From Penicillus capitatus (lineage: Eukaryota > Plantae > Chlorophyta): a DNA stretch of 64,000 bases. The notes beneath the pieces are model-generated. The model was not told where the DNA came from. It did not search any database and saw only the letters and a program-made list of their open reading frames with translations. A program made the translations under genes and the position numbers. This document shows, in pieces, positions 23,977 to 37,500 of this stretch. The stretch covers positions 1,162,251-1,226,250 of the forward strand of contig OZ287697.1 of the NCBI GenBank assembly GCA_965649825.1, read 5' to 3'. The stretch's first letter is position 1; each line of letters starts with the position of its first letter.

Positions 23977-26900
23977 TCAAACTGCATAATGGCGATATCG
24001 ACGAGATCTTCCTTTGTTGACCCATCGGATCATGGCAGCTATCGCACGAGCGAAGAGGTAATCGACAAGATAGGCATGGAAAATGCGAAATGTGCCTTCT
24101 ACTGGCGAGGAGTGAACTTCTTCTCTGACCAATACACTTCTCAGGTACATAGCCGCAAATGTCACTAAAAGGGCCAACAGGTAAAGAAAGAAGAAGACGT
24201 TTGTACAGAACAGGAAAACGCTCATCAACACACGAACCCCATATGATACACGATCGTCAGTAAAGAAGATGCTGCTGACAAAGGTGAGTGAGGAAAGCAG
24301 AAGGGAAAGGCTCTCCACGTCATTAAGACAATCAAATTCTTCGCGGTAAGGACGACATTTCATCTGGAAGAAAAGTGCCACGATCAGAACGAAGGAGGCC
24401 AGAACAGCCTGGATGTTGGCACCCAGATCGTACGAGAAGACAACCACGACTGCGAGGACTGCTTTCCTGGACATGATCACAGACTCCCAGAAAATGTACT
24501 TCTTACTGTAGGATCGGTAGACGAAACCAGCGACGGCATAGATCCAACCATCCTTGTAATCATCTGTCACTGTCTTGCCGGTGAGGTATGCGATCGCCAG
24601 CGGAAATCCAAGGGTGAAGATGAAGAGGAATGGCCATGCCAGCAAAAAAGCCAAGGCAGCATGGGATCCTTCATAGCACTCAACGCTGGTGTCCACTGTC
24701 CAGTAAACTGTTGTGGCATCAATCCCAATCAGCGTCGAATCATAGACCTCAACGCAGTTGAGGATGTTGACGAGCGTCTTGGTGATGGAGATGTAGCTGA
24801 CGCAGCAGACGACGAGTGCACTGAGGATACAACACTTCAACAGATACATCAAAGGCTTGTTGCTTATGATCTTGATCACCAGCCAGAAAACAGCAAAGAC
24901 ACAGATGCATGCAATCGGCTGCAACACATCCACCAGTGTACCGGCGATTGAACGATGCAGAGAAGCTTCTGCTGGGATAAGGCAGTCGACAGATCGATTG
25001 ACGGCTTCTGATGTGACGGCGCCGACGAACTCTGCAGAACACAGCACGTGTCATGAGAGTGTCTGACAGAGTTGTCTTTCAGTCACCTGCAGTCTGGAAG
25101 AGTGCGATCAGTGCGAATGTCCACTGAGCATCGATAGCCACAGCTATGGCTGTGACCTGCAGAAAGTTCACTGTTATCTGAAGAACAGTTAGGATGCATA
25201 GACAAAATAGGAAATAGAGAGGTTCAAGACCTTAAAGAGCTCGACGGCCTTCCATTTGCCGAGCTCTGCGTCCTCAGAAGATTGACTAGTATCAGCTTCT
25301 TGATTGTGCTCAGGAGTCGATCCTTCTTCTCTGACCTCTACCATAACTGCCAGTTCGATTCTCCTCTCGGACGGGAATGTCTCGGTGCTGGTGGAGGCTG
25401 TAGATAACTGAGAACATTGTGTTTGCTGTTGCGATGAAACAGAGATGAGGTTGCTTTTGATGGTGATGCCGGACAACCCCATCAGAACAAGAAATGACAG
25501 CATGACTAAGACGACATCAGCACCGTCCGATCGACATTCTTCACAGAGATGAGAGCGAGATTTGCCATGGGATTCCTTACAGGATCCGCAGAGTGGCCCT
25601 TCATGCCCCTGAGAACCAAACGACCCTGATGAGTTTTTCAGACAGACTTGAAGCTTGCCTCTCTGCACTGCGCTTCTGTGTAATTCTGCAGGTACTGTTC
25701 ATTAAAGTCACAGGATTCCACATCTTGTGTGAGTTCTGCTAACGCATCTTCGCGTTTCTCACTCTTACATGCTTCTGCTGTGAGACATCTCTGGACATGC
25801 TCTGAGCAAGGAGTTTGATGCCAGTACCCTCTGTTTGGCAGGATGACATGACTTCTGCAGTCCCCGTTCTCTGGACACGGATGGCATTCTAGATCTTTCT
25901 CTGGAGAGAAATTGTAAGCGGCAACATTGCAAGTTTCACAAAATGTTCCATTTCCTGAAGACACTTCACCAATGTCACACGGCTTCACCTCCACAGTGAT
26001 CTCGAAGCTCTCCATGTCCGCTCCTTCAAACTCAATCAGCACATTGTAATTGCCAGGCTGCACGAAGCCGAAGGCACTGAAATTCGCGCCTTCGAAGTCC
26101 AGAGATTTTCTAACACTTCCGACGAAGAATCCATCTGGCGAAGACATCACGGCTTCGACGTCATTTTTCTTCCCAATGACCGGACCTTGTCCGAGCTCAT
26201 CCATTGGTATTAAGACGATTAAAGGAATCGGTTCACCACTTCTGTGTTTGTGTACGGTGTATTTACTCCCATTCGCCAAACTCAGCATTCCCGTCTCTTC
26301 ATCAGCGATTTCCTTCCGGACATCGGATACGGCAGAAGCCACTCCCGGTCCGTATCTCCCAGCTGTATTGTTTTTCCAGGATGGGCAGATGTCGTCGACG
26401 GATGTCAGGCGCTTCATGGACTTCCACTGTTCTTTCGAATAGAATTGCAGTTCCGGTTCTTTCGATTCGCCAGAACAGTTCAGTCGCAGACCAGCCACTG
26501 TGTCAATGAAGACAGCACCACCTGCCGACCTTGCTCTGTTGTCCATCATCGACGTGTCTGCCACGGCTGCGACAATGCATTCATCCTGCTCTGTCCGACA
26601 TTTCTGTAATGTGGAGGGCCTTTTAGCGGCGATTTGGATCCCACCTACGTAAAGAACAGTGTGCACCTCTCTTCGTTGGCCTTATCATGCATACCTCCGT
26701 ATTCGGCTGAGTTGTTAAGGACAATGCTGTTGTCCAATTGTATGGAAATGGATCTAATGCTTTTGAACTGAAAGAATATAGCTCCGCCGCGCGTTGCTTT
26801 GTTTTCGATCAGAGTGCAGCCACTGCAAAGAAGCCTCGATAAATGTTTTCCCATAACAGCACCTCCATCGGTTCCTGCCTCGCAATGCGAGATCTGGGTG

Positions 26901-29170
26901 TTGATAATCTTGAAGACTGATTCGGAAGAGTAGATAGCACCGCCTTGTCCACTGGCGAACATGTCAAAGGCTTCAGTCCTCCGAATAGAAACGTCTGAAG
27001 ACAGTGCATAGATTCCTCCGCCATTTCTTGCAGATCCCTCGGTGAAGTTGCACTTCTGAACCGAGAGGTCGGAGTCTGCGACGTAGATGGCGCCACCAAA
27101 TTCAGCCGCATTGCCGGAGTAATGCGATCCCGTGTCTGAAAATCTGCAATCGGGATCGCATTCGATCACGCCCCCTCCCTCGGCAGCCATGTTGTTCGAG
27201 AATAGGCAGTTCTGAATACGTATCCTGGAAGTTTCGCCGGAGATGAATCCACCACCACTACCCGCAAACAGGTCGGTTGCGAAGGTGTTCTCGACGAAGA
27301 CACTAGAAGAGGATGCATAGATTCCTCCGCCGTCTATCGCAGATCCCTCGGTGAAGTTGCACTTTTGAACCGAGAGGTCGGAGCCTGCGACGTAGATGGC
27401 GCCACCAAATTCAGCCGAGTTGCCAGTGTACTTCGATCCCGTATCCGAGAGTCTGCAATGAGAATCGCATTCGATCACACCCCCTCCGTCAGAAGCCATG
27501 TTGTCTGAGAATAGGCAGTTCTGCATACGTATCTCGGAAATAATGCCGGAGAGGAATCCACCATAGTTACGTGCAGACAGGTTGGATGCGGAAGTATCCT
27601 CGACAGAGATGTTTGAAAACGGTGCATAGATTCCTCCGCCGTCTGTCGCAGAGCCCTCGGTGAAGCTGCACTTTTGAACCGAGAGCACAGAGTCTCGGAC
27701 GAAGATGGCGCCACCTTTTGCTGACGCATTGTTCTTGTTGAACTGACAGTCGGTGATGTTGCATAATGAGTTCTTTTCCACACTTATGGCTCCTCCGTAC
27801 TCTGCTTCGTTCTGTCGACAAAGGCAATCTTTGATGGAAGCTTTTGCATTCTTCAACTGCAGGGGTGCACTGTTCGCACCATTCTGGCCAATCGGAATAG
27901 AATTCCGGTAAAAGACAGCCTTTGTCATGTTCAAAGATCCTCCTTCGACATTGATGCTTGGGCAACTGTTTTGTGTGCTGTTAATGCCATCCATTGACGT
28001 CTCGGATCCAGGAGGCGCATAGAACAATACCGTGTTCGTCTTCTCAGGGTCGTACGGTTTGTTGTTCCGGATAACGATGTCTCTCAATCGATTCTGCCTG
28101 GACAGAATCACGCCACAACGGCCGTCGCATCTATTGCGTTCAACGACGAAGTCGATCAGCTCCAGCTCAAAGCAAGATGGAGACTGCATTGCGAGTCCCG
28201 TGCCTTTGATCAGGGTGTTCTTCCTGAAGCTGATGTGGTGGAACTGAATGGTGTCTCTGAATTGTCTGGATGAACAGTTTTCAACTTCCACGATGGATCC
28301 AGAACTCCCAGATTCGAACGAGCAGTCCTCGAACATCAGATTGGCGAAAAGGACACCTGTCGACCTAAACGCGACATCGATATCAGACAAGAGCAGATGT
28401 GAGAATTCAAATCTCACTTCACCAAGAACACACCCTCTCTTCTGCTCGGACAGGTGAAGGTCGCCTTTGAGTCGGAACGCGGGAACACGCCTTCCTCGAC
28501 CTCGGGACTGTTCACTGGGGCTGTCAGCGTCAGTGGCCATGGTATGACGATGCGCGAAGACGGCCGGATTCTGCGCTTCGGACTGAAGGAGAGAACGTCG
28601 CCGGGCTTCGTACAGTCGACAATGACTTGAATGTCATCTTCGACGTCATCGAGAAGCGAACGGTTGATACGCCACGTTCTCGTCGTTTCGTTTAGATGTT
28701 CTCCGATGGTTCGTTCGCTGAGCGAACAAGGAAGATCTGCGAACACCAAGAGCGCTGGCGTCAAGCAAGCGTTCTCGAAGACAGCAAAGGGCCTTACTTG
28801 TGAGATTGTCATCTCGGCCATCATCTTGGCACAGAGAACGGCTCTCGCTGCGACTTTGCTCAGCCACAGATGGACGTTCTTTCTTAGCAGTTCTGTCCGC
28901 CCTGGACGTCGGGAGCGGAGCTGTGCCGTGTGAGTGCTTCGTCGTGGACGTGGCAGTCTCTGTCGTGCGAGGCAGTGCAAATGGCGTCATTTCTGGGAGT
29001 GTAAACGGATTTGGGGCAGAGGGTTTGGCGAAAAAGAAAGTGGTCGAGGCATCTTCGGCCGTCTCTGCGGCCAAAGCTCGGCGGACATAAAACGTGCGAC
29101 TAGCAAATTCACCAGCGCTTGCGCCGAACACTATGCAAGTCAACAATAAACCAAAGAAAGGGTGTCGCAT
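23977..29170 (-). CDS. Copy B: beta-helix / Cys-rich / multi-pass membrane receptor-like protein, subfamily 2
   Basis: Eight exons in frame. Signal peptide MRHPFFGLLLTCIVFGASA; intron 1 28797-28737; intron 4 is GC-AG (25658-25609). Same domain order as copy A. Closest paralogue is copy D. Confidence 0.87.
27000..27760 (-). repeat. About 2.5 tandem copies of a 309-nt (103-aa) beta-helix unit inside copy B
   Basis: The anchor accgagag(g/c) plus the ...gatggcgccacc context recurs at 27060, 27369 and 27678 (spacing 309). Confidence 0.9.
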
Positions 29171-29223
29171 TTTTCGTCCGGCGATTTAAAGACAACTTTG
29201 ACAGACGCTTATAAACCGTGCGG

Positions 29224-29353
29224 CTTTTATAGTCGGAAAGAGGACATGTGGAACATGAAATTCGCATGAAAATGAGGTGTCCGTCATCTGATCGGAGCTG
29301 TCGCCCAGCCGCCACTAGGAGCCTTCGTCGGAAGCAGGATCCAGCCACGTGTC
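29224..29353 (-). promoter_or_regulatory. Proximal promoter of copy B: TATAAAAG and G-box/ABRE-like GACACGTGGC
   Basis: cttttata at 29224-29231 (TATAAAAG on the minus strand, about 55 bp before the ATG) and gccacgtgtc at 29344-29353; both are conserved in the copy D promoter. Confidence 0.6.
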
Positions 29354-29879
29354 CCATGGTCTCCCGCTCTCGCCCTGAATGCGGAAAGCGTAGCGATTGC
29401 CGTATCCGCGACGGATAACTGCAGTTTACGCGATTGCATTACGGATGAGGCACCACCACTGTTTCGCGGTCTGCTCATCCTGTCGACTCTCGCTTACGGG
29501 AGGTGCTGTCAGACGACAGTGGTAACGAGTAAGTATGCGCTTTCTTCGTCGCACTTCATAAAGTCGAGCGACAACAACACTCGAACACATCTGGAATCAT
29601 CTTCCATGACAGGAGATGACACTGAATCACTCAGTGCGTGTATCGTCATACTTGAGAGTAGTGGATTTCCATTAATGCCTTCCAGCATGGAATTCTTGTC
29701 AACGATCTGTTCAACTCGCTGTCTTGAATTGGCAGTCTGCTAAGAATCGATGGATCATTACATCCAAGGACACAATACACTTTATCATCTGTCACATCAT
29801 GGAAAGAAACGATGATGGCAATTATTGGCATGAACTGTATGTGTGATCCCAGGAAATAGTCTGATCTAATGGAAGGGGT

Positions 29880-31960
29880 TCGAACATGTTTCAGAGACCA
29901 GTGCAAACCTTGCAAAACCTCAAAGCGTGCCACACAGTCTTCGGCCTCAGGTTTCTGATAGAGTGCAGCAAGACGACTGATCCATAAGCAAATCGCATTT
30001 GGATTTGATTCTGGCAGATGACCCAGGAGATGGAGTGCCACTGCACGCAGTCCACTGGCGTCGACATCAAATGAAACATTCTGATTTGAGAACATCTCTC
30101 AGGTGGTCTGTCATGGATCTCAACAAAATTACCAAAAGGGAGAGAAAGAACAGCAGACTGGATATAAACGTCGGAGAAGATACCAGAATGGAATAACTTT
30201 CCAAGTTGTTCGGCAGATCGAGATCCTCTCTGAATGGTTGACAGGCTTTTGCAGGTAGAAGGCGACGGCGAAGACGAAGGCAGCAAACATGACTTGGAGA
30301 CTGGCACCGATCGGATAGGAAAGAACGACGACGCCAGCAATGACAGCCTTCCGTCCGATGACGACACACTCCCAGTAGCAGTGACTGTCCTTGTGAGACC
30401 GATACATGAATCCGAAGAGGTCGTACATCCATCCCTCGCTCCTATGCGTCCGTTTGCCCAGAGAGATGACAATTGCGGTGATGAGGGGAAATCCCAGAGA
30501 GACCAAGATCAGACCGGACCAGCCCACGACGCGTTCCAGCATCGCGTGTGATGCCTCGTGGCATCGAATGCTGGTCTGTTCTCTTCGAGGATACAGTCTG
30601 CGCACGAAAGAGAAGAGTTCTCTGCTCCGCAGACGCAACCGTCGACTGATGCTGTGCAGTCAACGACGAAGGGCTTGGTTGCTTCGAAAGCCACAGAGGA
30701 TACGGAGATGGATTGTCCACCTCTTTCGGCACTGCCATTTATTGTTTAGACATCTGTTGTTATTGAGACTGGGCTGTTCGAATTCGCAAAGATGAAGCTG
30801 CCATCTGGTCTGGCGTTTTCTCCTCGAAACTCCGAATGTGTGATCTTCAAACTGGATTCCGCGACATGGAAGGAGATGTTGCTCACAGAAGTAACGCCGA
30901 TGACTGCCCCATTGGTTCCGCTCTGATAAACGGCCCCTCCGTTGCCTGAAGAGTGGTCCGTGAATGTCGCATTTGCGAGGTGGGATCAGCATCGCTTGAA
31001 GAGGATCTTGCCTCCAAGAACATTTGCCGTGTTGCCCTCGATGATCGTTCCCTCTTCTGCGAAGTGCTTCTCTTCTGCAACGATTGCCCCACCGCCGTTA
31101 TGCCCTTCATTCTCCGAGAAGTTGCTGTTCGAGATGTGCGTGATCATGTCGACGAGATGCATCTCTCCTCCATCTCCCGAAGATGTACAAGCTTTGCATG
31201 ATCGAGTCGTGGACATGCAGGAATTTCTTGAGCGCCTGCAGGCAGCTACCAGTCTCGCACAGCCGTTCTTGGATGGCGAACTGCTGACGAAGAGAACGGG
31301 GTTTCTCTTGACGTACAGAATTCCACCCTCGTTCTCTGCTCGGTTGGACGTCATCTGTGGCGTTCGCGAGCCGCATGCGTTTCGCCCGAATACGACGTCG
31401 ATCAAAATCTACTCTCGGAAGGTTAGTCACATCATGAGATCAGGACTCTGGCTTGAGGAGGGAAGAGGAAAACTGCTTGTCCTGTCGGGGATGTAGCAGC
31501 GAGAAGATGCATTCGACCATCTGCTCCAGGCGCCATATCGCCAAACACGGTCGTCCATGTCGACGATTCTGCCTGCAGCTCTGGAGGCCGTCAACATCGT
31601 CACGAGTGTTTGGTGTACGATGATTTAACGGTCCTCGATCGCTTGCGAAGAATGATCCGATAAACTTCGATTTCGCCGAGACCTTCACAAGCGAAGAGTC
31701 CTTTCTCGTTGAAGCGGATGACCTTTCGAGGTTTTCGTGCAGTGCCAGTTTCTTCGGCATCCGCCATGGCCGTCATCCATTCTCTCATCGTCAGGATAAT
31801 TTGCACAAGACATGAGTGGACTCCTTCCAAAACAGTGTCTCGCCTGTAAGAGCGCGCAATTGGAAGAGTGGCTCGCAACTCGGTCGATTAGTCGGCCGTC
31901 TCTCCCGGACACTGTGATCAAGCAAGCGGCATATATGAACACAAGCATCGTAACCTGCAT
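29880..31960 (-). pseudogene. Collapsed pseudogene of the receptor-like family (signal peptide + decayed exon 2 + beta-helix fragment + TM fragment)
   Basis: MQVTMLVFIYAACLITVSG start. CTKPRKVIRFNEK and SPTGQAVFLF resemble exon-2 CTKPGDVLSF..K and CP..NQGVFLV. GDGGEMHL...FSENEGHNGGGAIV is a beta-helix relic. DTSIRCHE..H...GFMYRSHKDSHCYWECVVIGRKAV is a TM relic. Frameshifts, stops and kb-scale internal deletions are present. Confidence 0.75.
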
Positions 31961-32790
31961 GTCCGGGTTTGACGATTCTCGAAGGAGTGATTTTTGATGG
32001 GAGCTAGCTACTGAGATTAAACTAAGAGAAGTGGGCCGGTACTACGATCCATCAATCGGAACGCGTCCACGGATACTTGAAACACAGTTTGTTTCACAGG
32101 TTGATCTTGGTTCATTCGTCACAGCTCGAGAAATGGCGTCGTGAGTTCTGATGTGCCGACGGTGCCTTGCATCATCGAGCGATGGAAGCTCGGCTCGTAC
32201 GAGGAACACGTCAGCAACAGGATGAGCGATCGAGAGGCTGACGTGATGATGACGTTGATGTAAGATGAGGTGACGCATAAGGATTTCTGGGCGTCTGAAT
32301 CTGACTGTTCTGCTGTCGAGGCTTCAGTTAATCATCAGTTACCGTTGCCACGCACTTCCTTGCTGGACTCGCATCCGACGAGAGCCGATCTTCGGATCGG
32401 TCTTCACGTGATGTTCGGAGTTTGAGCATGCAGATCTGTGTAAGCACGAGTTGTCAAATCGGTAAGTAGTTGATCGGACAAACAAACAGCGCGATTGTTT
32501 GGATCTGGACGTTCTCGTTTTGAGATTAAGTTTGAGCGATTTTGCCGAAGCACTTAATCGGAAACTAGACGATCGATTTCTAATTGTCGTACATTCACTT
32601 GTACAAATATTCAAACGTCGGCCTACGATCGACCTTGAAAGCAACAATGATAAATTCGCGAACTGAAGATCGACGATCATGCGTAGATCGGACATCGTCT
32701 TGACTGATTTTTTTGTGTGGAGTTGGTTTCGACATCGATCACATCTTAAACCTCGATATCCGATCGAGATCGATCCTCCCGATTGCGTCC
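31555..32790. repeat. Segment duplicated in inverted orientation at about 58570-60965
   Basis: 32101-32220 is nearly the exact reverse complement of 59140-59270, and 31620-32070 matches 60440-60900. Confidence 0.88.
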
Positions 32791-34561
32791 GATCGAGATA
32801 CAGATTTCAAATACACAAAACAAAATTGTTCTAAAATGTCATCGATTCGCCGTGAGACAAAGTGCAAACATCAGAGTGCAAGCACATAATCTATTGTCAA
32901 GACGAGATAAAACGTGGATGTTTAAAACTGAACTATCGCCAAAGAGAAGGCTAGAAGAACAATCTATAAGGCTAGTAGTGATCAGCGATTCTGGTCATTA
33001 AGGCTGTAGATGCGTTTCTCGAACAAGACATGACCTCAGCAAGATGATGAACAGACGAGGGGCTGGCGTGATGAAATAATGATGACAGTCGAGGTGACAG
33101 ATGGCGGATTCCTGAATATTATGACCGTAGAATGATGGATCATCGGATATTGTCTAACACGACGGATGCTGGTAGCACAGCAACGATTCGACTTGCATGG
33201 GATGTCGCTTAGGTCAAGAGCGACCTCCGCACGGGGGCGTGTTGGCATCGTGCCTACGACGGCGTCGATCTATCCTTCTCTTCCATCCATTCGAGCAGTC
33301 CGAAACCAAGAGATCGCTTAATAGGACGCATCCGTCGTGCAGAGCGACACCATGATGCGTTTGGAAATGCCGTAAACTGGGCTCCTGTTTCACATCGAAG
33401 AGTTAGTCGAGTCTCCTTTAGATCTCCGCGGTCATAAAAACAGAGTAAATGATAGATTAGGTTAGTCCTGTTAAATCCGTCTATGTTTCGCTTTTCGATG
33501 AAGGACATTCAATCAGTCCGGCGAGAAACTGCACAAGAAGCATTTCACACAGCAGAAGGTTAGGTATGTTGAAGAGGTCTCCCGATTAAAGATTGTCGTT
33601 TTGTTCTCTGATGCAGTGTGCTGTTGTACACTTTGATATAATGTAACGTTTACTCCAATTCAAAGCACGGGGATTCATGCCTCGGCGAAATGCCACAAAC
33701 GAAACGCCGACGGCGTTCGGTTACGGCAGCAAAAGAACAATCGCGCGGTCGGTTCGAAAACAGCAACATTGTTCTTTTTGTGAAACGCCAAGCGACGACG
33801 GATTCGGTAGTCTTCGAAACGTGTTGCCGTTATTGATGTGACTGATTCTACAGATCGTGCAACCCAGAACAGAGCTGGACATCCGAAATCCTTACGCTTC
33901 TCTACGCTTGAGAACCTCCGTTTAGCAGAATCTCCATCGCAGTCTCATGCAAGTACCGATCCAGGTGCATAGATAGGAGAGGCGACAAATGAAAAGAGCG
34001 ACGGATTCCATTCAAAGAACAAATCGACCGCCTGAGTCACATCTCTCACAGACTTCTTTCGAGAATAGCGCGCGATAAGTACGAGAGCTGTGTGGCTTTT
34101 CGATGCCGCGTTCTGCGTCAAGTTCTGTCCGCAACGATCGTCTTCGTTTCCGAACGTCGCCATCGATCGCAGCGTGCGATCTACAGCGGTTCGATACGTC
34201 GAGCTCAGAGAGAAGCCGGTCACATCACACGCTCGCTGCGCTGGCAGACAGAAAAGCTTCGATGCGTCAGAGGCGCGATGTGACGTCGCTGCGACGGGCA
34301 TCGCGTTCGTGTTTAGGCACGCAGCCATCACATCAAGCCAAGCTTACATGCCGAAAAGCATTCTACGCGAGATTGCACCATCATCAGGTATCCATTCAGC
34401 ACGAACCATTGATAAACAACCCACCCACCATTAAGCCACTCTTTGTGAACGATATTCAAAACAATGCCAAAACAGGTCGTCCCATCCTCTTCTAGAAGCT
34501 TTTGCTTCGCGTTTACTTGAAAAATGATCCTCCTCATCGCGGGAGTGAGCGAGATGATTCA

Positions 34562-37500
34562 TCATGCGTTCTCCGACGCCTCAGCATGTGTGTTTTCCGA
34601 ACTGCTGTGCTTCAAGTAGGTAACGAGGCCCCCGATCTCATGGGTCATCCACGTTTTGACTAGATTCATTCTCGAAGGACTGGATTCGAGCGTCTCCCCC
34701 TCATCTGTTAAATACAGCTTTACGTATTCAACGAAATATCCGAAGAGAAAAGAAACAAACACTGCAAAAGTCGATATGTTAAGCAGGCCGCACAAGGCCG
34801 TGATGGTCACGCGTCCCCACTCCGCGCTGAATATCTCACTCTTCAGGGCGGCGGCGACAAGCGACATCAAGAGTGACACGAACAAGGAAATCACTTCGAA
34901 GTTATTCAGAACACTAAATTCGTCTCGATAAGGATGTGCGATGATTTGCAGTCCCATGGCGATGGCGATGAAGCCAGCGACGCCGATGATCGGCAGCTGA
35001 CTGTCGTAACGTTGGGCGCAGAAAAGAAGGAAGGCGATGAGGATCTTCCTCACGAGTACTACAACTTCCCAGTAACGAAGGTGATTGCTCTTGAAACTGC
35101 GGTACAGAAATCCTGTGGTCTGGTAGATCCAGCTCTCGATGTTGGTCCGCTGCTGTTCAGAAGAACAGAGAACGATGATGAGGAAGCCGAGGAGGCCGCC
35201 GTAGATGATGCCGACGAAGAACCAGATAAGGAGAGACAGCGTTCGGTGGTCGCCTTTGAAGCACTCGAGACTGGTGTCCACCGCCCAGTAGCTGATGATG
35301 CTACTGTCCTCCATGGGTGCCTGGCTGTCGTGCACATTCACGCAGAGCAGGCTGCCGAATGCTGTCTTCATGACAGGGACTGAGGCAATGTACCACAGGA
35401 CCATGACGGAGAGCAGACAGCGCATCATGAGAAAGCGCATCGGCTTGTGGACGCGGTTGTATACAGCGACGGCGATCCAGAAGAGACTGAGCAGAAGGAA
35501 GATGAGCGTGGGGATGGCGCAGATGGTGACGAAGACTGCGAGTGCCGTTGGATGCATCGATTGCTCGCCCGTGCTCAGACAGACGACCGATCGCCGAATG
35601 CCTTCCGCTGCAAGACCGCCGAGAAACTCTGCACACCACGAGACGGCATGATAGGGGCAGTGAGGGCGGGGTTCGATCACGGACCTGCCACCTGTGCGAT
35701 GATGAGCATGGAGACGGCCCATCCGACGTCCACGGATGCGATCAGAATCGTCACCTGTACGTAGTTGAGTGTGATCTGTCACATCATTCCATCGTCATGA
35801 AAAGTGTGACGTCGACCTTGCAGTACTTTGAGCATTTCGACAGCTTTCCATTTGGCCAGGACGGAAGGGCTCGCATGCACGCCATCGTTTCTGTCACTCT
35901 GCGTTGTGCTCTGCCCTTCGCCGAGGAAACCATCTGCTTCATCTGGAACTTTGTCGGTAGGTGGTTCAGCCGAAGCGGAAGCGGCCGAAGAGCTAGAAGA
36001 CACACGGTCTGTCAGAAGGCCGTCTGCAGGATCTTGATGATCGGACCGCAAGGCGCTCAGTGTTCCGCGAATCGTGATGGCGGACAGGACGAGTAGTATG
36101 AGCGTTGAGCTGGCGATCACCATGAGATTGCCAGCAGTAGTCGGACACTCTTGGCATTTTGAAGACAGCGAACTCCCGTGTCCTGACTCGCACGATCCGC
36201 ACAGAGGACCCGAATGACCCTGAATCAAAGCAACATACCCGTTTCGACGGCTTTCTGTCATCGGCGGGGAAAACACTTGCCTTTGCACACTGCGCTTTCT
36301 GGTAATCCTCGACCTCCGTCGGACTCAGATCGCAGCTCTCCGTGTGTTTCGTCCTTTCCTGCAACTTTGCCTTACGTTCATCAAAGTTGCAGGCGTAAGA
36401 TGTTAGACATCTCCTTATGTACACCGAGCACGGCGAACTGTGCCAATATCCGTCGTTCGGTGTGATCACATGGGATTCGCAGTTGCCGTTTGCCGGACAC
36501 GGTTGACAGCCCAGATCCTCGTCGTCTGTCGGATTGAAGCTGTAGGTCGTTGCACTGCACTTCTCACAGAGCGTGCCGCTAATAGAAGGCACTTCGTCGA
36601 TCATGCACTTCTGCACCTCGACTTTGATCTCGACCGTCTCGACGTAGTCATCCTCGAATTTCAGAAGAATAGTGTAGACTCCCGGTTTGGCAAATCCGAC
36701 GGCCTGATGCTTGACCTGGCGCTTGTCCAACAGAAGACTCTGCGTTCCAGCGAAGAGTTTATCTGGAGAGAACACGGTGGCGATCATGCTGCGGAAGTCC
36801 CTCCCGACGGCTGGACTCTGGCGGAAGTCATCTTGTACCTGTAGCGTGATCGTGGGTAACGACGAACCACTCTTGTAGTCCTTGATGCGGTAGGGAGTGG
36901 ATCTGTCCGTCACGACGGTCTTGACTCCATTCTCTTCAACGCTCACAACGGGCCGCGATGCATAAGAGGCGACAACATCGCCATACAATTTAGCTTTGTT
37001 TCCTGTCCACTGCGCACAGCCGCCCTTTGACAACGTATGTCCGTCTGGCGAACTCTTTTTCCGCTTTCCCGGAGAGCGGGTTGATCTGTCGTTTGGAGCG
37101 GGACACTTGATTCTGAGGTTCCTTGACTGGCTGACGAAGATGGCACCGCCCGCTTTCTCGGCGTTGTTGCGCTCGAAGATCGTCCTCTGCAGAGTGACGA
37201 CAGGACAGTCGCCCTTCTCATCCGAGCAGGCGGGCGATTGACCGCCGGTTGTCGCGTAGAGTCCTCCTACATCACACCAGGGTCATGCGTCACCCAATGG
37301 CTGCGAATCCGACCTCCAAAGCTGGCGCTGTTGTTACCGAATGTGCAGCCTGAGAATGTGGCTGTGTTGTTCTGTGGTGCCTTCTCGGACTCGAAGACAA
37401 AGGCGCCGCCGTTAGATCCCGCTGTACAGCTCGTGATCTCGAGGTGGCGTCCCTCGAAGCTCGCATCGAGCACCGCAACGGCCCCTCCCTTCTCGGCGCT

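Larger units (their letters stand above)
22930..30640. repeat. Left arm of an inverted segmental duplication (gene B plus both flanks)
   Basis: The reverse complement aligns by eye with about 47760-56380 across the downstream flank (e.g. 23341-23460 vs 55830-55950), the gene, the promoter and the upstream TM pseudogene. Confidence 0.9.
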
